In this document: positions 18,837 to 28,824 of the stretch, in pieces
Layout: every line of letters begins with the position of its first letter
How positions within the stretch are numbered: the stretch's first letter is position 1
Assembly (NCBI GenBank): GCA_963677595.1
Contig: OY782041.1
Coordinates: forward strand, 4,000,001 to 4,064,000
From: Spirochaetia bacterium
GTDB lineage: Bacteria; Spirochaetota; Spirochaetia; CAKZLE01
Direction: 5' to 3'
DNA: 64,000 nt
Notes under the pieces: generated by a model
The model's input: only the letters and a program-made list of their open reading frames with translations
Databases searched by the model: none
Told to the model about the DNA's origin: nothing
Translations under genes and position numbers: made by a program

Positions 18837-20332
18837 TCTCCTCCCTGGGCTATCATCTGCATGACATCGCTTTCCGTCATATTCGCTCCCCTCAGTTCCC
18901 CGACGATCTCGCGGTCCTTCATGACGATCAGCCGGGAACAGGTCCGGAGCATCTCCTCGATCTCAGAGGAGATGAAGGTCAGGCTCATACCGGCCTCGGC
19001 AAGCTTGATCACGAGTTTCTGGATCTCCACCTTGGTCCCAACATCGATCCCCCGGGTCGGTTCATCAAGGATCAGGTACTCGGGATTGGTCAGCAGCCAC
19101 CGTGCAAGGATCACCTTCTGCTGGTTGCCCCCGGAAAGCGACCTGATCGGTGTGGCTGTCGTCGGTGTCTTGATACTCAGCTTCTCGATATACTCGTCTG
19201 CAAAGGCTTCCGCCTGTTTTACCGAGAACGGCTTGAAGAAGCCGTTGAGGACCTGCAGGGCCAGGATGATGTTGTCGCGAACCGAGAGGTCAGCGATGAT
19301 GCCGTCCCCCTTCCTGTCTTCCGGCAGATACCCGATCCCCTGCTTCATGGCATGCAGCGGTGTCCTGACCTTCACGGGTTTCCCGTTCATCCGGACTTCC
19401 CCGCCGGTGACCTTGTCTGCGGCGAAGATAGCACGGACGCTCTCGCTGCGACCGGAACCGAGGAGACCGGCGAACCCGTTCACCTCCCCTCTCTGTATCG
19501 TGAAGTCGAACGGCCGAACCCCTGCGGCACTCGAAAGTCCTGAACCCGCGAAGACCGGGACGCTCTCCTCAGAGGAGGGAAGTTCGTGTTTCTGTATCTG
19601 CGTGACATCATCAAGGTTCTTTCCCATCATCTTCGAGATGAGCTCGATCTGGGGAAGCGAGGATGTCTCGTATTCCCCTATCAGCTTCCCGTTGCGAAGC
19701 ACCGTGATCCTATCGCTGATCTCATACACCTGCTCGAGGAAGTGGGTGATGAAGATGATCCCCACGCCCCTGCCCTTCAACTCACGCATGAGCCTGAAGA
19801 GCTTATTGACCTCATCCTCATCGAGTGATGATGTCGGCTCGTCGAGGATGAGGATCTTGCAGTCCATATCGACCGCACGTGCGATCGCGATCATCTGCTG
19901 TACAGCCAGCGAGCAGCTGGTAAGCTCCTGAGTCGGGCTTGCCGGTATTCCGAGGGATTCGAGCAGTTGGGAGGCCTTCCCGTTCATCTGTCTCCAGTTG
20001 ACGAAGGTCCCACGGTCTCGACCGATGAACATGTTCTCGGCCACCGTCAGGTTCGGGCAGAGGGTTATCTCCTGGTAGACCGTACCGATCCCCTTGTTCT
20101 GTGCCTCCTGCGGCGACTTGAAGTGGATCGACTCCCCATCTAAGGTGATCACGCCGCCCTCTTTCTCGTAGACCCCGGTTATGACCTTGATCAGGGTCGA
20201 CTTGCCTGCCCCGTTCTCGCCCATGAGGGCATGGATCTCGCCTTTACGCAGCTTGAAATCAACAGTATCCAGGGCTTTCACCCCGGGAAAGGACCTGCTG
20301 ATACCCTGCATCTCGAGTATGGTTTCTGACAT
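18833..20332 (-). CDS. CUT2 sugar ABC ATPase (YtfR-like)
   Basis: GENGAGKST, LSGGNQQKV, LDEPTRGIDVG; start ATG at 20332. Confidence 0.93.
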   Translation of the reverse strand: MSETILEMQGISRSFPGVKALDTVDFKLRKGEIHALMGENGAGKSTLIKVITGVYEKEGGVITLDGESIHFKSPQEAQNKGIGTVYQEITLCPNLTVAENMFIGRDRGTFVNWRQMNGKASQLLESLGIPASPTQELTSCSLAVQQMIAIARAVDMDCKILILDEPTSSLDEDEVNKLFRLMRELKGRGVGIIFITHFLEQVYEISDRITVLRNGKLIGEYETSSLPQIELISKMMGKNLDDVTQIQKHELPSSEESVPVFAGSGLSSAAGVRPFDFTIQRGEVNGFAGLLGSGRSESVRAIFAADKVTGGEVRMNGKPVKVRTPLHAMKQGIGYLPEDRKGDGIIADLSVRDNIILALQVLNGFFKPFSVKQAEAFADEYIEKLSIKTPTTATPIRSLSGGNQQKVILARWLLTNPEYLILDEPTRGIDVGTKVEIQKLVIKLAEAGMSLTFISSEIEEMLRTCSRLIVMKDREIVGELRGANMTESDVMQMIAQGGE

Positions 20333-20424
20333 CGATCGAAGCTCTCCTTTTGCTGGTATACTACAGACTGGCTGCAGCACGGGAGACCGTACTGCAGCGA
20401 AAAGCATGGTGTTGGTGATTCGAG

Positions 20425-21414
20425 TTATCTGGTGATCACACCCTTGCCCGGGTCGGCATTGATGCCCCAGTTGTTGATGTCTTCATCGGTGATCGTGTCA
20501 GTGGTGAAGAGCAGTTCTTCCTGGTAGACGATACCGCTCGGGAGGTTCCCGCTCTTGATCCACCTGGAGATCTCTGCTGCCTGTCTCGGGTTGCACTGCA
20601 TGTCGGCGTCCCAATACCCGGCCTGTACGTTCCTGAGTGCGAACCTGTTGAAGTCGAACCCGATGACCTTGACCTTGCCGCCCTTGCCATGGCTGATGCC
20701 GGCTGCCTCGAGGGCCTGTACAGCACCCTGTGCCATACCGTCATTCTCGGCATAGATGACATTGAAATCCTTGCCTGCAGCGATCGCTGCCTCGACGACC
20801 TTTCGGGCTTCCTCGAGACTCCAGCTATCCCCGCCGGTCCCGTCTGCCACGATGGTGAGTTTCCCCTCTTCTGCAGCCTTGAGCACTGCGGCACTTCGGC
20901 CGATCTCGGCTGCGGAACCCATCTGGCCGCGGATAAGGATCAGGTTGATCTCCGGTAAACCAAGGCCAAGTACCCAATCCACTGCGGTATCGCCCTCATA
21001 GGCCATATCGGAGAGGAGTGCTGCCTGGAAGTTGGATGCAGCCGTGTCGATCCCTCGATCGAAGAGGATGACTTTGATACCTGCGTCCTTTGCGGACTTC
21101 AGGGTGTCGTCCCAACCGGATGCGTTTGCGGCTGAGAGCAGGAGATAGTCCACGCCATCCCTGATATAGCCTTTCGCTGCAGCGATCTGCTCGCTGTTAA
21201 CGCCGGTGTTGGTCTGCTTTGCGTCATAGCCGTTCGCCTCTGAGAAGACATCGTTCATGGCCTCGACATTGGCCTGGCGATAGCCTGACTCTTCCGGCGG
21301 CAGGTTCACGATACCGACCTTGATCAGGCCTGATTCCTGCTGTCCTGCGGCAAACAGGACACCGGTACCCAGTACCAGCATGAGAACTATCAGTACGCTA
21401 AGTATTTTTTTCAT
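20425..21414 (-). CDS. Sugar ABC substrate-binding protein
   Basis: Signal peptide MKKILSVLIV...FAAGQQE; ESGYR, AENDGMA, QCNP; RBS AAGGAGG. Confidence 0.88.
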   Translation of the reverse strand: MKKILSVLIVLMLVLGTGVLFAAGQQESGLIKVGIVNLPPEESGYRQANVEAMNDVFSEANGYDAKQTNTGVNSEQIAAAKGYIRDGVDYLLLSAANASGWDDTLKSAKDAGIKVILFDRGIDTAASNFQAALLSDMAYEGDTAVDWVLGLGLPEINLILIRGQMGSAAEIGRSAAVLKAAEEGKLTIVADGTGGDSWSLEEARKVVEAAIAAGKDFNVIYAENDGMAQGAVQALEAAGISHGKGGKVKVIGFDFNRFALRNVQAGYWDADMQCNPRQAAEISRWIKSGNLPSGIVYQEELLFTTDTITDEDINNWGINADPGKGVITR

Positions 21415-21647
21415 GTATCCCTCCTTTTGGGAATCTATAGAAATGATGAGTCTGCTGCGGCTACGCCGCATCGTTACTGAAAGCTTATAATCGGGAGTTC
21501 CAGAAGTACATGAAGGAATTTATCGAGTTTGGTATGATATTTTACGCGAATGTAAGAAATCTTTGGAAATGAGTGAAAAGGTTGATTATCTTATGGGAAA
21601 CGTTCGTTTTCTTCCGGTAACGGATGTGAAGCGGGGATGTAGGAGTA

Positions 21648-22223
21648 TCAGCCTGTCAGATGTGAGATAAGAATCCTGATCCCGATCCCGATCAATATGA
21701 CCCCTCCAAGTATCTCTATCCGGTTACTGAAGATGTCCCCGAATTTGCTGCCGATCCAGACACCGGCCAGTGAGAGGACGAAGGTGACGACCCCTATCAT
21801 GGCGGCACAGTAGAAGATATCGACATCCAGGACAGAGAAGGTGATCCCTACCGCCAGGGCGTCGATACTCGTGGCAATAGCCAGCACCAATATGACGAGG
21901 AGGCTCTCGTAATCCTGGTCCTTCTCCTTAGACTCATCTGCGAGGAAGGTTGATTCACCGATCATCTTTACCCCGATGAACAACAGCAGCCCGAAAGCAA
22001 CCCAGTGGTCAAACTGCTGTATATATGCACGGAAGGATGAGCCTGCCAGGTACCCGAGCAGGGGCATCACCGCCTGAAAGCCCCCGAAGAAGAGTGCTGT
22101 CCGTAAGGCACTGCGCAGTTTCAGTCTTTTTGCAACACAGCCGCTGGTGATCGAGACGGCAAATGCGTCCATCGCCAACCCGAATGCGATGACCAGTAAT
22201 GTGGTGTGGTCCATGTATCCCAA
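21648..22223 (-). CDS. mntP: Manganese efflux pump MntP
   Basis: GLAMDAFAVS, FGGFQAVMP, DHWVAF, ATSIDALAVG. Confidence 0.9.
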   Translation of the reverse strand: MGYMDHTTLLVIAFGLAMDAFAVSITSGCVAKRLKLRSALRTALFFGGFQAVMPLLGYLAGSSFRAYIQQFDHWVAFGLLLFIGVKMIGESTFLADESKEKDQDYESLLVILVLAIATSIDALAVGITFSVLDVDIFYCAAMIGVVTFVLSLAGVWIGSKFGDIFSNRIEILGGVILIGIGIRILISHLTG

Positions 22224-22364
22224 TCTCCCTGTTCCAGCCTATGTGTGCACCAATCTACCACAGGGGTGTCACAGTTTCAAGATTATGAGATGTCGGTACT
22301 GAGATTCACTACAGGCATATCGTCATATAGACCGGTAGGAAGAGGATATCATCCTGTACATGTG

Positions 22365-22436
22365 CACGTTATTTGGATTAATATCCTTCTGTTTTGACAC
22401 GTTATTTGGATTATTATCCATCTATTTTGACACGTT
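22365..22436. repeat. 33-bp imperfect tandem duplication (2 copies + 6 bp)
   Basis: CACGTTATTTGGATTAATATCCTTCTGTTTTGA / CACGTTATTTGGATTATTATCCATCTATTTTGA / CACGTT. Confidence 0.85.
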
Positions 22437-22438
22437 TT

Positions 22439-23212
22439 TTACTTTAACGCCAATTCCCACAGGACCAGTCCTGTCTCCAGGACCACCGTGAACCCGATCA
22501 GCAGGGCATCCCGCTTCCTGAAACGGATCTCCTTGACATAGGTCCTCTCCGATGCGAAACCGAAAGCCCGGCACTCCAGGGCATCGGCGGTACTCTCCGC
22601 CTTCCGCAAGCCGTTGATGAGGATGGTGAAGATGTAGCGCTGCCACAGGATGATGCGGTGCTTCAGGCTGGTCCCTGCAGCCCGTCCCCTGATGGCATGG
22701 GCTGCCTTGACTGACTCGACTTCCCGCTGGATGAGGGGAAGGAAGCGCAGGGCAAGGAAGACCGTGTAGGCGTAGCGGTAGGGCATGCCGGCCTTTACCA
22801 GGGACTGCATGAGGTCCCGGGTGTCCGTTGTCCAGATGAGGATGAAGCTTGCCAGCACCACCCCGGAGAGGCGGAAGAAGAACACAGGCCCCTGCTGCAG
22901 GCCATAGTCTGAGACCTTCAGGATGCCGAAGGACCAGACGGTCTCGCCCGGGTCGATGAGGAAGTGGAAGATCATGAGCAGGAAGCCCAAGCCGAAGACG
23001 ACCAGGCCGCTCTTCAGGATCTCCACAGGCCGCATCTTTCCCATGAACAGGGCCATCCCCAGGACGAAGAGAAAGACGATCATGCCGGAGAGCGGCTGCT
23101 TGAAGACGAACAGCCCCACGGCGATCAGGAAGACCCAGATGAGCTTCACCAAGGGGTAGACCCGGTTCAGTGAAGATCCCTTGTCCTTGTAACTCAGGTT
23201 ATGCTCAGCCAC
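22439..23212 (-). CDS. ECF transporter T component
   Basis: ALRFLPLI, AHAIRG, ALECRAF (conserved Arg motifs). Confidence 0.9.
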   Translation of the reverse strand: MAEHNLSYKDKGSSLNRVYPLVKLIWVFLIAVGLFVFKQPLSGMIVFLFVLGMALFMGKMRPVEILKSGLVVFGLGFLLMIFHFLIDPGETVWSFGILKVSDYGLQQGPVFFFRLSGVVLASFILIWTTDTRDLMQSLVKAGMPYRYAYTVFLALRFLPLIQREVESVKAAHAIRGRAAGTSLKHRIILWQRYIFTILINGLRKAESTADALECRAFGFASERTYVKEIRFRKRDALLIGFTVVLETGLVLWELALK

Positions 23213-24950
23213 GGGACACCTCCCTTCCCTCGAGCAGCAGGCTCATGAAGGATTCCGTGCTCGGTATATTTCCCTGGCAGGTAACGCCCCCCTCACCCAG
23301 AGCCTTGAGGATCTGGAAGAGCAGCGTTGGCTGCAGGCTTGCTGACCCCAGGATCTCTGCTTTGTCGAAGAGTTCGGTGGGATTACCATCGAAGTGCTTG
23401 AGTCCTTCGCTCATGACCACTACCCGGTCTGCGTATTCCGAGACCAGGCGCATATCGTGGCTGATCATGACCACGGCGATACCCCTGTCCCGGATCCCCT
23501 GCAGCAGATTCATCAGGGTTCGTGTCATCTCCCTATCCTGACCGTAGGTCGGCTCGTCCACGATGAGCACTTTTGGGTTCCCGACCAGCATGGTCGCCAC
23601 ACCCAGACGGCGCTTGTTCCCGGCACTCAAGGTAAAGGGATGCCTCCCCGCTTCCCCTGAGAGCCCCAGCTGTTCGAGCATCTTCTCTCGCTCCCCTGCC
23701 ATGAGCTCCGGATCGTTCATCCCCTTGGACTGGAGGCTGTAGTCTATCTCATCAGCCACAGTGTCGGTGAGGAACTGGTGCTCCGGGTTCTGGAACACCA
23801 GGGAAATATGGTTCGCCAGGTCGGGGACCTTCCATCTGCGGGAATCCTTCCCGAAGAGTTCCAGGGATCCCTCACGGCAGGTGTTCAGGCCGATGAGCAG
23901 TTTCGCCAGGGTACTCTTGCCCGCACCGTTACGTCCTACGATGGCCAGCATCTCCCCGGGATGGACGGCGATATCCACTCCCTTCAGGGCGTAGAGCCCT
24001 GCCCCATAGGAGTAGCGGATCGCTTTCCCGTCTATGAGAGGAGCAGTATCTTTCTGTACGGCAGCTGCCTCATTCCCAGAGAACACCGTCCCATCGGGTA
24101 CGAGGTCCAGGCTGCGAAGCAGCTCCAGTGCTTCGTTCACCCGGATGGGGATCCTCTCCACGGGGAAGCCCTGTCGACGAAGTCCCAGGCCGATCTCCAC
24201 CGTCTCCGGCAGCCAGACGCCCCGCTGTTCAAGGTCGTCGCCATGCTCAGACAGGATCCCGTAGGGCTCCCCGCTGTAGAGCAGCTTCCCCTCATCCAGG
24301 ACAAGGAGCTGGTCTGCCTCTGAGAGGAACTCGTCCAGTTCCCTGGTGACGAGCAGGACCGTCATGCCCTGCTCGCGCAGGGAGAGGATCAGTTCATGCA
24401 CCTGGGAGGTGGAAGCCGGGTCGAGGTTGGCGGTGGGCTCATCGAGGATGATGAGCTTGGGTTCCATGGCCAGGACAGAGGCCAGTCCCAGTTTCTGGAT
24501 CTGCCCGCCCGAGAGGTTCCAGACCAGGTTGTGGCGATAGGTCCCGATACCCGTCAACTCCAGGAGACGTTCCACGTTCTCCCGGATCTTATCCCTGCCC
24601 TGCAGGAGGTTCTCCGGCCCGAACGCGATCTCGTCCTCCACGGTCAGGGTGGCGAACATGGTCTCCGGGTCCTGGAATACCGAACCAACGCTGCAGGAGA
24701 TGTCCTTCATCTCAAGCTCAGCTGTGGATTGTCCTTCCAGGAGGACATCACCTGTCAGCTCGCCTTTCAGCAGATGGGGTATCCTCCCATCCAGGATCCG
24801 GCAAAGCGTAGATTTCCCGCTCCCTCCCGGTCCGACCAGGATGGTGAAGGTCCCCTGCTCCAGGGAGAGGGATATATCCTCCAGTACCGGGTCGTCCTTC
24901 CGGCGGAAGCGATAGCTCAGGTTCTTACATTCAATGAGGGAACGGGACAT
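23205..24950 (-). CDS. ECF transporter fused double ATPase
   Basis: Two ABC domains (GPGGSGKST, GRNGAGKST); FQDPE/FQNPEHQ; DEPTYGQD. Confidence 0.92.
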   Translation of the reverse strand: MSRSLIECKNLSYRFRRKDDPVLEDISLSLEQGTFTILVGPGGSGKSTLCRILDGRIPHLLKGELTGDVLLEGQSTAELEMKDISCSVGSVFQDPETMFATLTVEDEIAFGPENLLQGRDKIRENVERLLELTGIGTYRHNLVWNLSGGQIQKLGLASVLAMEPKLIILDEPTANLDPASTSQVHELILSLREQGMTVLLVTRELDEFLSEADQLLVLDEGKLLYSGEPYGILSEHGDDLEQRGVWLPETVEIGLGLRRQGFPVERIPIRVNEALELLRSLDLVPDGTVFSGNEAAAVQKDTAPLIDGKAIRYSYGAGLYALKGVDIAVHPGEMLAIVGRNGAGKSTLAKLLIGLNTCREGSLELFGKDSRRWKVPDLANHISLVFQNPEHQFLTDTVADEIDYSLQSKGMNDPELMAGEREKMLEQLGLSGEAGRHPFTLSAGNKRRLGVATMLVGNPKVLIVDEPTYGQDREMTRTLMNLLQGIRDRGIAVVMISHDMRLVSEYADRVVVMSEGLKHFDGNPTELFDKAEILGSASLQPTLLFQILKALGEGGVTCQGNIPSTESFMSLLLEGREVSRG

Positions 24951-24958
24951 AGCTTACC

Positions 24959-25594
24959 CTATTCAGCAGACCGGACAAGCCCGGTCTTCGCAACTTTCGT
25001 TGCAAGGAAATACCCCAGGAGACCTGAGAAGATCGCACCTGAGATCATATTGATGGGTACTGCCATCCAGACGTCCTTTGAGTAAGCCGGGTCCCAGCCA
25101 TAGAAGACGGAACTCCACAGGGTCCCGAACTGGGAAGAGGCAATACCTGCCATGATCGCTGTCACGACGCCAAACCGGCTGTATGCACAGATGAGGATGA
25201 CCGCCTCGATCGCGAGGCCCTGGGAGATACCCCAGCCGAGGGTCCCGATGCCGGCTGCATTGCCGAGCAGGACTTCCGTGGCTGCTTCGATGACACCGAA
25301 GGCCAGTGCGACACCAGGCTTCCTGACAAGGAATACCGCCAGGATGTAGGCCCACATGAACATCCCCTGGATCAATGCCCCGCCAAGAGGCCCGAGTGAG
25401 GTGTTTGCCAGGTACCAGAGGTTCCCGATACCGGTGTTGATAACTCCGGCGATGGCTGCAAGGACAGCGACGACTACCAGGTTCCGCGTGGAGTAGCCTC
25501 CCTGTTCCCGGTCGATCACTTTCTTGTCGGTGAAGCGCGCGATCAGTCCCAGGATGACGACGACCGCTACATTGAATGCAGTGTAGATTCCCAT
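24959..25594 (-). CDS. ECF transporter S component (YkoE-like)
   Basis: LVRKPGVAL...EVLLGN...QGLAIE pattern; extra N-terminal hydrophobic segment. Confidence 0.75.
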   Translation of the reverse strand: MGIYTAFNVAVVVILGLIARFTDKKVIDREQGGYSTRNLVVVAVLAAIAGVINTGIGNLWYLANTSLGPLGGALIQGMFMWAYILAVFLVRKPGVALAFGVIEAATEVLLGNAAGIGTLGWGISQGLAIEAVILICAYSRFGVVTAIMAGIASSQFGTLWSSVFYGWDPAYSKDVWMAVPINMISGAIFSGLLGYFLATKVAKTGLVRSAE

Positions 25595-25617
25595 ACTATT
25601 TCTCCCTTGTAATAGTT

Positions 25618-26988
25618 TTAAAGGGGCAGACCCAGCAGGGTCAGCTCCTTCTTTACTTCTTCATAGAGCACTTCCCACTCTGGGATGGGGGTAAGCGTCT
25701 CCTGTTCATAGGCATCCTCGAACGGAAGCCCGGGATTCCCCCCTTCCCGCTCGAAGACCTCTTCGTATTTCGGCAGGAGCTCTCCGATGATCCGGTCGGC
25801 CTCCTCCATTGTCATACCCGAGGCTGCAGCGGCATGTCCCACTTCTCCCATGAGGCGAACCTCCAGCCCCGTGCCGTGAGGCAGGCTGCCGTCTGCGGAA
25901 CCGACCCCTTCCAGATGGCCCCCGCTCACCGTGATGGCCAGGGCATTGGCAGCTACTTCGTAGAGGAGTTCCTTCGTCACAGCACCGCTCTTGGGGTAGA
26001 TATCGCAGACGATGTTCGCAGGGGCGTTACGTGCCATGGCCTGGCAGACCAGGCTCTGGAGCCACATGCACCCCCGTGCGGAGGTGGCGACATACCTGAT
26101 ATGGATGGGGTGGCACAGATGGTAATCAGCCAGGCAGACCACGTTGGCAGCCAGGAAGGAGGCGACCTGCACCAGGGCGGCCCCAGGGGCGTCACCGGCA
26201 AGGCCTCCTACCATGACCGTTGCCAGTGAAGCATTAGCCATACCGTAGTAGAGGGAATTTGCCGCCCGTACCAGGTTGCCGTTGTCTATCATGAGTTCAT
26301 TGAAGAGGGCGACGAGGTGTGCATCACAGGGGCGAAGCAACTCTGGATGGGTCGCTGCCAGATCCCCGATCTCAGTGACGCTGCTCTCCGCGGCGAGCAT
26401 GCCCATACCGGGCCTGCCCACCTCTTCACGGACTTCCCTCAGGTAGGTCAGTTCCCTACGGGATGCGATAACTTCCGTCACGGAGGCTGACTCAACCATC
26501 ATCCCGTCCACGTCGATGAGGGAACCGCAGGTGATCAGGTCCACGACCGGTTCCTTGGCCCAGCTCTTCACCGTGTTCTTGAATATCTTCTCAGGAGTGG
26601 GGACCCCGGGGTTCCCGGCCCAGACCGCAGGGGGACGGCTGTCCACTACTGTTCGGGGCACCAGCTCGAACCGGTCGGCCCCTTCCCCAAGGACGATAGC
26701 CCGGTTCATCCGTTCGATCCCCCGGTCGACCTCTTCCTCGGTCAGTCTCAGGACCTTCCCGGTGGAGAGGTTATAGATGCCGATGTCAAGGATCAGCTCC
26801 TTCCCGGCGGTGAAGATCCGGTCCGCCAGGTCCCCGTCATCGGGACAGATTCGGTTCTGATCCCAACGCAACTCATATTTCTCAACCAGGGCACGGACCT
26901 TGTCTATGATGAGGAAGTCCCAGTCTTCCTTCGAGAGACTCTGCCCGTTACCCATCCTGTCCATCAGGGCCAGGAACTGCTTTTCCAT
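25618..26988 (-). CDS. MtmB-family (monomethylamine methyltransferase-like) corrinoid methyltransferase, pyrrolysine-free
   Basis: GRPGMG, LFNELMID, GGLAG, PIHIRY, TGLEVRLMGEV and KELTLLGL match MtmB; RBS AGGAG before ATG 26988. Confidence 0.85.
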   Translation of the reverse strand: MEKQFLALMDRMGNGQSLSKEDWDFLIIDKVRALVEKYELRWDQNRICPDDGDLADRIFTAGKELILDIGIYNLSTGKVLRLTEEEVDRGIERMNRAIVLGEGADRFELVPRTVVDSRPPAVWAGNPGVPTPEKIFKNTVKSWAKEPVVDLITCGSLIDVDGMMVESASVTEVIASRRELTYLREVREEVGRPGMGMLAAESSVTEIGDLAATHPELLRPCDAHLVALFNELMIDNGNLVRAANSLYYGMANASLATVMVGGLAGDAPGAALVQVASFLAANVVCLADYHLCHPIHIRYVATSARGCMWLQSLVCQAMARNAPANIVCDIYPKSGAVTKELLYEVAANALAITVSGGHLEGVGSADGSLPHGTGLEVRLMGEVGHAAAASGMTMEEADRIIGELLPKYEEVFEREGGNPGLPFEDAYEQETLTPIPEWEVLYEEVKKELTLLGLPL

Positions 26989-27365
26989 AGCGATACTCCT
27001 CGACTCGCCGCCGGGGAAGAGTGGTATCATGTTGTTTAGGGGGTATTCCATGCAACAGTGATCCACAACCTGCCAGGCGTGTCTCATACTATTTCAGCAG
27101 TGCGACCCCGGTACCGTGTAGTACGATCAGGCTTCCCGTCCTCAATGTCTGCACATGGAATTTTCATAGGAAGATGACTATCTTGTCATCCTTGGATTAT
27201 TTTATGCAGAGAATCGGAAAAAACGCAAGGGACAGATTGGAGTCTGCCATGCATTTTACCTCTCCATTCGCACTATTCCCGGTGCTGGTCATGCGTTTGT
27301 ACGTATCACACCTCTTGAGTCGCCCCATGCTCTATGCTACATTCACAATCAGTATGGCAGATGGT

Positions 27366-27860
27366 ATGAGACTTGAATACAGGAAGGCAGCACAAGAAGA
27401 CCTCCCCTTCATGAAGCGGATGCTCTACGAAGCGGTATACTGGAGGACCCCGGATACCCGGCCCTCCTTCGAGGAGGCTATGGGCATCCCCGGGATCGCG
27501 AAATCTCTGGCTGGCTGGGGAGAACGACCCGGTGATACCGGCGTCATAGCCTGGGCAGACGGCACACCGGCAGGTGCGGCCTATGTTCGGTTTTGGCATG
27601 ATGAGCTATACGACCGGGGCTACATCAATGAGGATATTCCCGTCCTGGTGATCGCTGTCGCCGCTGGGTTTCGCCGGAGGGGTATCGCTTCTGCCATGAT
27701 CACGCAGCTCGCAGCCTTTGCAGCCCAACAGGGGATACCGCAGATAAGCCTCATGGTCGCCAAGGACAATGTTGCCCTGGCCCTGTACAGGAAAGAGCAG
27801 TTCACCATGTATGAAGACCGGGACACGGACCTCATCATGATCCGGGACAGCTCACGATAA
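27366..27860 (+). CDS. GNAT-family N-acetyltransferase
   Basis: IAVAAGFRRRGIA acetyl-CoA motif; NVALALYRKEQF; start position uncertain. Confidence 0.82.
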   Translation: MRLEYRKAAQEDLPFMKRMLYEAVYWRTPDTRPSFEEAMGIPGIAKSLAGWGERPGDTGVIAWADGTPAGAAYVRFWHDELYDRGYINEDIPVLVIAVAAGFRRRGIASAMITQLAAFAAQQGIPQISLMVAKDNVALALYRKEQFTMYEDRDTDLIMIRDSSR

Positions 27861-27894
27861 CGGTATTATTCACACGAGGTAAGGAAGGGAACCA

Positions 27895-28782
27895 TTGGTA
27901 CTACAGATATTCATCATCATCCTGCCGCTGCTGGTCGTGGTCGCGGCAGGCTACGGGATCTCCACCATCCATAAGATCGACCCCGATTCGATGACTCGGG
28001 CACTCACTGACCTGTTCCTGCCCGCGATGGCCTTCGAATCCCTCTATACCTCAGAGATCGTCTTCACCGATACAGCCAGGCTCTTCGGTGCGGTCATCCT
28101 CGCGCTGTTGCTGCTTGCCCTGATAGCCTATATCTATGCACGGGTCAGCAGGACCTCCTTCTACGAGATGGCCCCCTCAGTCTGCTTCATGAACACCGGT
28201 TTCCTCGGGATCCCCCTCATGGCCCTGTGGGGTGGAGCATATGCGGTGAATGTGGAAGTGCTCATCGACCAGGTCCAGAATATTTTCATCTTCAGCGTCG
28301 GCTTGATGATGGTTACCGGCGGTTTCAATCGCAGGAGCTTCCACGAGATGCTGAAGGCCCCCATCCTCTGGGCGATCATCGCGGGGTTCCTCTGCAATGC
28401 GTCAGGGATCCAGCTGCCCCCTGTGATCATAGAGACAGCCCAGTTCACCGGTTCCGGGGTGATGCCCCTCGCAGCCTTCCTCGTGGGCGCCTCGATAGCG
28501 GGCAAGCCGATGGTATTCAACCGGCACCTGATTGCGGGTTTGAGTCTCAGGTTCCTCGGAGGGTTCGCTGCAGGTGTGATCGGGGCTGTCGTACTTGGGC
28601 TCCAGGGGGACATGAGGACGGTCTTCATCATGGCCATGAGCCTGCCTTCGGCAGTCTTCACCTACGTCCTGCCCCTGCGGTACGGCAGGGATGCAGAACT
28701 TGCCGGCAGTATCCTGATCGTGTCGACGATCCTCGGGATTCTCACCATCCCTGCCACGATCTACCTGACAGGGCTGCTGTGA
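27895..28782 (+). CDS. AEC (auxin efflux carrier) family transporter
   Basis: MNTGFLGIP, PILWAII, MSLPSAVFTYV; about 10 TM; TTG start. Confidence 0.85.
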   Translation: MVLQIFIIILPLLVVVAAGYGISTIHKIDPDSMTRALTDLFLPAMAFESLYTSEIVFTDTARLFGAVILALLLLALIAYIYARVSRTSFYEMAPSVCFMNTGFLGIPLMALWGGAYAVNVEVLIDQVQNIFIFSVGLMMVTGGFNRRSFHEMLKAPILWAIIAGFLCNASGIQLPPVIIETAQFTGSGVMPLAAFLVGASIAGKPMVFNRHLIAGLSLRFLGGFAAGVIGAVVLGLQGDMRTVFIMAMSLPSAVFTYVLPLRYGRDAELAGSILIVSTILGILTIPATIYLTGLL

Positions 28783-28824
28783 ACAAACGAGCCTGCAAGA
28801 ACAGCAGTCCTAACAGATGATCGT

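Noticed and set aside
18861-19931. Long antisense ORFs (also 31281-32261, 30238-31101, 13743-14459)
   Set aside because: Shadow frames of well-supported genes in GC-rich DNA, with no motifs of their own
21511-21563. 20-bp-period AraC-type direct repeats upstream of the sugar SBP
   Set aside because: Too degenerate in AT-rich DNA to support
25618-26988. Amber/pyrrolysine readthrough in mtmB
   Set aside because: No in-frame TAG; the equivalent codon is CTC; no pyl genes are seen
27000-27190. TPP or other riboswitch in the mtmB-ECF leader
   Set aside because: Minus strand has CCTGATC and GCTGAAA-like pieces, but in the wrong order and without the TPP core; the GATGAC-N6-GTCATC palindrome at 27173-27190 alone is weak. 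An Rfam scan would settle it
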